Source: Candidatus Amesbacteria bacterium RIFCSPLOWO2_01_FULL_49_25 (GTDB lineage: Bacteria > Patescibacteriota > Microgenomatia > CAZETR01 > Amesbacteraceae). Taken from it: DNA of 64,000 nucleotides. The notes under the pieces are model-generated. The model saw nothing but the letters and a program-made list of their open reading frames with translations, was not told the DNA's origin and made no database searches. Below are positions 59,029 to 64,000 of this stretch, piece by piece. Each line of letters begins with the position of its first letter. Positions within the stretch are counted from its first letter, which is position 1. Location of the stretch: contig MEXP01000020.1 of NCBI GenBank assembly GCA_001773725.1, forward strand, positions 19,526 through 83,525, given 5' to 3'. A program made the translations under genes and the position numbers.

Positions 59029-60711
59029 ATGCGTCGACTTCTTCAAAACGGGGCTTCCCTTCTCACCCGTCGTCAAAACGACATTCTCTCTGCCGCCTCA
59101 GTGATCATGATCATTTACGGACTATCTCATTTGATCGGCCTTATCAAAACCCGCCTGCTCATTTCCTATTTCTTTGGCTCAAATGCCTATTTACTGGACG
59201 TCTATTACGCGGCTTTTGTCATTCCGGATACCATTTTTCAGTTATTGATTATTGGATCGCTCTCGGCCGCTTTCATCCCGGTTTTTACCAACCTCCTGTC
59301 ATCCGATGAAAAAGAAGCCTGGCGAGTAGCCGCCAGTTCTCTTAACCTCATCCTCCTTATTTTTACTTTCATATCGGGAGTCATCTTTGTTTTTGCTACC
59401 CCCCTTTCCCGACTTATTGCCCCGGGATTTAATCTCAGTCAAATTTCCATCATGAGCTCGCTCCTACGTACCATGCTTGTCGCCCAGCTATTTTTCTCGA
59501 TTTCTGGGTTTCTCACCGGAATGATTCAATCTCATCAGCGCTTTTTGATACCCGCCCTGGCTCCGGTCGCTTACAATCTGGGTATCGTCATCGGTACGAT
59601 TTTCCTTTCTCCCACCTTGGGTATTTTGGGACCAGCGATTGGCGTCGTTATTGGCGCCTTTTTACACATGCTCATTCAGTTGCCTCTGGCCGTAAGTCTT
59701 GGCTTTAAATTCAAGCCCATCATAGACGTTTCCCACCCCAAAGTTAAAGAAATTATTCGTTTATTTCCTCCCCGAGCGCTAGCCCTCGGTATAGATCAAA
59801 TCGAACAATTTATCGCCGTCGTCCTCACCTCACTTCTTACTTCCGGATCATTATCCCTACTCAACGTCGCCCGCCTTCTCTACGCCATACCCTCTTCAGT
59901 TTTTGGTGTGACCATCGGTCAAGCCGCACTCCCCACTCTTTCCCGCCAATCTTCTCTAAAAGACATGGATACTTTTCGCTCCACTTTAGCCGCCTCCGTT
60001 CTTCAAGTAGCTTTCCTTTCCTTGCCTATTAGTGTTCTATTTATCATATTGCGCATTCCCATTGTCCGAATTGTATTTGGCGCCAGCACCTTCCCTTGGT
60101 CTGCAACTCTTCTGACCGGCAAAACTCTGGCGATTCTAGCCATCTCGGCCACCTTCTCCGCCGTCATCCAACTGGTTGTTCGTGGGTTTTATGCCCTTCA
60201 CGACACCCGTACTCCTCTAGTAGTTGGCCTAGTAGCGGCCTTATTTAACGCCGTCGTGGGAATAGTCATGGTCAAACAATTTCAAGCGGGTATATTGGGC
60301 ATCGCTTTTGCCATTACTACGACAGCCATTCTCGAGTCCCTCACCCTCTCCTTCATCATAGAAAAGCGGCTTGGTACCCCCCGGCCTTTAGAAAGCATTG
60401 TGTTCAAGTCGCTCTTCAAAATGATATTTATCAGCTTCATCTCCGGTCTGTTTCTCTGGTTACCCATGCGGCTTCTCGACCAGTTTGTCTTCGACACTAC
60501 CCGCACCCTTCCCTTAATTGGTCTCACGGTTATCACCAGTGCCATTGGCATGGGAGTCTATCTTCTACTTTCCCGACTATTTCATATTCAAGAATTGGAT
60601 ACTTTTTTTGGCTTAGTTAAACGTGTCTGGTCTTGGCGCAGGTTATTATTTACTTCTCCTCCGCCCGCTCCCTCCGAACCCGTAATTCTCCCCGCCCCGG
60701 ACCAGAATTAA
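59029..60711 (+). CDS. murJ: Lipid II flippase MurJ
   Basis: AAFVIPD, AAFIPVF, LPTLS and FYALHDTRTP. Confidence 0.93.
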   Translation: MRRLLQNGASLLTRRQNDILSAASVIMIIYGLSHLIGLIKTRLLISYFFGSNAYLLDVYYAAFVIPDTIFQLLIIGSLSAAFIPVFTNLLSSDEKEAWRVAASSLNLILLIFTFISGVIFVFATPLSRLIAPGFNLSQISIMSSLLRTMLVAQLFFSISGFLTGMIQSHQRFLIPALAPVAYNLGIVIGTIFLSPTLGILGPAIGVVIGAFLHMLIQLPLAVSLGFKFKPIIDVSHPKVKEIIRLFPPRALALGIDQIEQFIAVVLTSLLTSGSLSLLNVARLLYAIPSSVFGVTIGQAALPTLSRQSSLKDMDTFRSTLAASVLQVAFLSLPISVLFIILRIPIVRIVFGASTFPWSATLLTGKTLAILAISATFSAVIQLVVRGFYALHDTRTPLVVGLVAALFNAVVGIVMVKQFQAGILGIAFAITTTAILESLTLSFIIEKRLGTPRPLESIVFKSLFKMIFISFISGLFLWLPMRLLDQFVFDTTRTLPLIGLTVITSAIGMGVYLLLSRLFHIQELDTFFGLVKRVWSWRRLLFTSPPPAPSEPVILPAPDQN

Positions 60712-60766
60712 CAATGGCCCGACAACCTGAATCTTTGGCTGATCTCCCGGGTGTTAAAATCGTGCC

Positions 60767-61084
60767 ATGTCAATGAGATCTGTACAAAAACAAGTGGACG
60801 AATGGGTGAACCAATATACTGAAGGGTATTCCAAACCTTTAGAAATCCTTGCCAGACTAGTCGAAGAGACTGGGGAAGTGGCTCGGGAAATTAACCATCA
60901 ATTTGGTCCCAAAAAGAAAAAGTCGACGGAAAAATCCTCCAATCTAGGAGACGAGATTGGAGATGTTATTTTTACCTTAGCTTGTCTAGCCAACTCACTG
61001 GGAATAGACATAGACAAGTATTTTGCTAGGGTAATGAAAAAGTACAGTCAAAGAGACAAAAATAGGTTCAAGAAAAAACCATGA
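60767..61084 (+). CDS. MazG-like nucleotide pyrophosphohydrolase (YpjD family)
   Basis: LVEETGEVAREINH and EIGD motifs. Confidence 0.9.
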   Translation: MSMRSVQKQVDEWVNQYTEGYSKPLEILARLVEETGEVAREINHQFGPKKKKSTEKSSNLGDEIGDVIFTLACLANSLGIDIDKYFARVMKKYSQRDKNRFKKKP

Positions 61085-62886
61085 ACGCCATCCGGAACTT
61101 TGCAATAATCGCTCATGTGGACCATGGCAAGTCCACTCTGGCCGATCGAATGCTGGAAATCACCGGCACCGTCACCAAGCGCCAGATGCAAGACCAGATT
61201 TTAGACAGCAATCCCATCGAAAGAGAGCGGGGGATTACCATCAAACTCGCCCCCGTCCGCATGCTCTACCACCTAGAATCCATAACCTATACCCTAAATT
61301 TGATCGACACCCCCGGTCACGTCGATTTTTCTTACGAAGTCAACCGCTCACTCTCCGCTTGCGAAGGAGCAGTCCTCTTGGTCGATGCCACCCAAGGCAT
61401 CCAAGCCCAAACCTTGGCTCATTACAATCACGCCAAAAAACTCGGGCTTACGATTATTCCTGTCATCAACAAAATTGACATCGTCACCGCAGATATCGAA
61501 GGCGCAAAAAAACAAATTCTAGACATCCTGGGTTTCGATTCGCCTTTATTAATTTCCGCCAAAACAGGCATGGGTGTTCAGGAATTACTGCAAGAGATTA
61601 TAAATCGCATCCCTCCTCCTTCTACCAGCTACCAGCTGGAAGCTACTCGAGCCCTCGTCTTCAATTCCAACTTCGACTCCCATTTAGGTGTAATTGCCTG
61701 GGTTAGAGTAGTCGACGGTCAAATCAAAACTAACGACAAGTTATTTTTATTAGGCACCGAAAGTTTCGCATCTGCCCTCGAAATCGGCGTTTTTTCCCCC
61801 GCCAAAACCTCTACTGGCCACCTCTCCGCTGGCGAAGTCGGCTACGTCGTCACCAATCTCAAAGATCTATCGCAAATTCAGGTCGGCGACACCTTAACGG
61901 TGAACGATCAACAAAGTAACCAGCCTGCCGGCCTGCAAGGCCAAGTAACCGCTCTTCCAGGCTATCTATCCCTAAAACCCGTCGTCTTTGTCAGTTTTTA
62001 CCCAATCGACGGCGCCGATATCAATAATTTTAGGACAGCCCTTTCCAAACTCCGCCTCCAGGACAGCTCATTTACTTATACTCCGGAATTTTCCCCGGCC
62101 TTGGGTAACGGTTTCCGGCTCGGTCTTCTGGGACTTCTTCATGCAGACATTGTCCAGGAACGCCTCGAACGCGAGTTTGGTCTGAATCTTATCGCCGCCG
62201 CCCCCTCCGTCTCATATCAAATTTTGACAACCACCGATGAACTATTAACCATCAACAAGGCACTTGATCTCCCGGACCCGTCCCAAATTAAAGAAATCAG
62301 AGAGCCCATGATCCAAACCTCGATATTTCTTCCCCAGTCTTATTTGGGCGCCGTGATGCAGCTTTGCCAAGACCATCGCGGTTTTCTCACCGATATATCC
62401 TACTTGGGAAACTTAGTTCAACTGTCTTATTCCCTCCCCTTAGTTGAACTCATCCGGGGCTTTCACGACTCTCTCAAAAGCGTTTCTCAAGGGTTTGCCA
62501 CACTCGATTACGAACTCTCCGGCCACCAAGCCGCAGATTTAGTCAAACTTGACGTTCTGGTGGCCAAAGACAAAATTGACGCCCTCTCCCAAATAGTTCC
62601 TCGTTCCCAGTCTCCCTATATCGCCAAGGGTCTTGTTGAACGCCTCAAAAACATCATCCCTCGTTCTCAATTTGAAATAAGCATCCAAGCCGCTATCGGC
62701 GGCCATATCCTGGCCAGGGCGGACATCAAAGCTTTTAGAAAAGATGTCCTGGCCAAAATGTCCGGCGGCGACCAGACTCGAAAAGACAAACTTCTCAAAA
62801 AACAAAAAAAGGGTAAAGCTCGCATGAAACGCTTCGGCAGAATCGACATCCCCCAAGAAGCCTTCCTTACAATCCTTCAGGCATAG
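61081..62886 (+). CDS. lepA: Elongation factor 4
   Basis: IRNFAIIAHVDHGKSTLADR, DTPGH and GGDQTRK. Confidence 0.98.
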   Translation: MNAIRNFAIIAHVDHGKSTLADRMLEITGTVTKRQMQDQILDSNPIERERGITIKLAPVRMLYHLESITYTLNLIDTPGHVDFSYEVNRSLSACEGAVLLVDATQGIQAQTLAHYNHAKKLGLTIIPVINKIDIVTADIEGAKKQILDILGFDSPLLISAKTGMGVQELLQEIINRIPPPSTSYQLEATRALVFNSNFDSHLGVIAWVRVVDGQIKTNDKLFLLGTESFASALEIGVFSPAKTSTGHLSAGEVGYVVTNLKDLSQIQVGDTLTVNDQQSNQPAGLQGQVTALPGYLSLKPVVFVSFYPIDGADINNFRTALSKLRLQDSSFTYTPEFSPALGNGFRLGLLGLLHADIVQERLEREFGLNLIAAAPSVSYQILTTTDELLTINKALDLPDPSQIKEIREPMIQTSIFLPQSYLGAVMQLCQDHRGFLTDISYLGNLVQLSYSLPLVELIRGFHDSLKSVSQGFATLDYELSGHQAADLVKLDVLVAKDKIDALSQIVPRSQSPYIAKGLVERLKNIIPRSQFEISIQAAIGGHILARADIKAFRKDVLAKMSGGDQTRKDKLLKKQKKGKARMKRFGRIDIPQEAFLTILQA

Positions 62887-64000
62887 CGCTCAACTCCAAA
62901 AGCACCGCGCTGTTGGGCGTCATGGGAATCTCCTTTTGCCACACTGCCCCATTGGTCGCCACCTCTTCTTGCCTGCTCTCCCCCGACAAAAACGTCTCTT
63001 TCATAATAAATCGTTGATTTTTTAGATTTACAAAGCTCACCGGCACAACTTCACTGTGTCGTTCTTTAGGGTCATAGTTAACCACTATCACCTGCACTCG
63101 ACTGTCATCGCCAGCCGCAATAGCCTTCACCCACGTCCCTTCCCCGGTCAGGGGCAACCTGTTTCCTTCCAGTTTTGCTAGCATCGCCAATGCTTGTTCT
63201 CGTGGCTTACCCAACATTCCCCACTTCCCAGTCAGCGAAAAGTTAAATCCGTATTTGACTCGGGACATCAAATCCCTGGCCACTAAGATTAGATGGGCCG
63301 CACCTGTCCTGGTGTCATTTTTCCCTCCCGGCTCAGACGATATTCCCGTCTCCGAAATTATTTTTTCCACCTTGGAAAAGTAAGGATGTCTTTCCAGCCA
63401 ATAATCTGCATTATCCATATCGGCAATGTATTTACCCTCATCGCTATCGTATCTATGCCAGGATAAAAAATCCAGCCTCAACCTTTTTTCTAAGACATAA
63501 GGCAAAAATTCGTCTACCCAGTTTTTATACAGCTCAGTAGTCGCCGGGCCCCCCAACTTAAAATCTTTAACCCCCTTAGCCTGGCTTGCTCCCAGCGCGG
63601 AATAATAATACAGCCTGTTATAGTCTTTTCTTCTTCCTATTGTCCACTTTCCAAACAAATCCGGTTCGTTCCATACCTCATAATACACTCCCTCCAGCCC
63701 TTTTTCTCCGCTATAGTACTCAATTGTTTTTTGGACTATTTCCTGCCATTTACCCCAGTCCCTCGGTTCAGATACCTCGTCACCGGAAGCGATCTCTGCC
63801 GGCATGTACGATAGAGAAAAAAACGGTTTCGCCCCAGCAGTCGCGATTTTGTCCACCAGCCTGTCAAGTCGCGACCAATCTAACTTCACACCATTACCAT
63901 CCCCGCTTACCACGTCAAACCTGTCATAAATATGATCTATCCGAATATACTCCACCCCCAAAGCTTTAACTTTTTCTTCATTTCCATCCAGGAAAGTATT
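62867..64000 (-). CDS. GH39-like glycoside hydrolase (5' end outside the window)
   Basis: YEVWNEPD, LGGPA, FLSWHRY and ISETG. The frame is open to the window edge. Confidence 0.82.
   Translation of the reverse strand, partial: NTFLDGNEEKVKALGVEYIRIDHIYDRFDVVSGDGNGVKLDWSRLDRLVDKIATAGAKPFFSLSYMPAEIASGDEVSEPRDWGKWQEIVQKTIEYYSGEKGLEGVYYEVWNEPDLFGKWTIGRRKDYNRLYYYSALGASQAKGVKDFKLGGPATTELYKNWVDEFLPYVLEKRLRLDFLSWHRYDSDEGKYIADMDNADYWLERHPYFSKVEKIISETGISSEPGGKNDTRTGAAHLILVARDLMSRVKYGFNFSLTGKWGMLGKPREQALAMLAKLEGNRLPLTGEGTWVKAIAAGDDSRVQVIVVNYDPKERHSEVVPVSFVNLKNQRFIMKETFLSGESRQEEVATNGAVWQKEIPMTPNSAVLLELSAMPEGL

Overview
This is a 64 kb chromosomal segment of a small-genome bacterium using the standard genetic code. 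Gene content, tight ATGA overlaps and scarce Shine-Dalgarno sites suggest Patescibacteria/CPR, Microgenomates-like (inferred). It carries housekeeping genes (tsaD, tsaE, groES/groEL with a CIRCE box, tRNA-Cys, metG, tatD, rnhB, two UvrD-family helicases, rpsT, murJ, lepA), a large GT-C surface-glycosylation region, pilN/pilO, an accessory small-molecule and repair gene run, and several orphans. No CRISPR, rRNA, transposase or prophage is visible. The best find is a compact, apparently leaderless Met-codon-rich leader peptide (MNVNIVAMSMMMTC). It is followed by mutually exclusive antiterminator and terminator hairpins directly upstream of a SAM-hydrolase (DUF62)-metG operon, which makes it a candidate ribosome-mediated methionine attenuator. 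Other notable signals: short palindromic and 7/8-mer repeats inserted in frame into core genes, a membrane-anchored CYTH protein inserted with a duplicated ASCH 3' end, pervasive leaderless promoters, and a NUDIX gene broken by one in-frame TAA.
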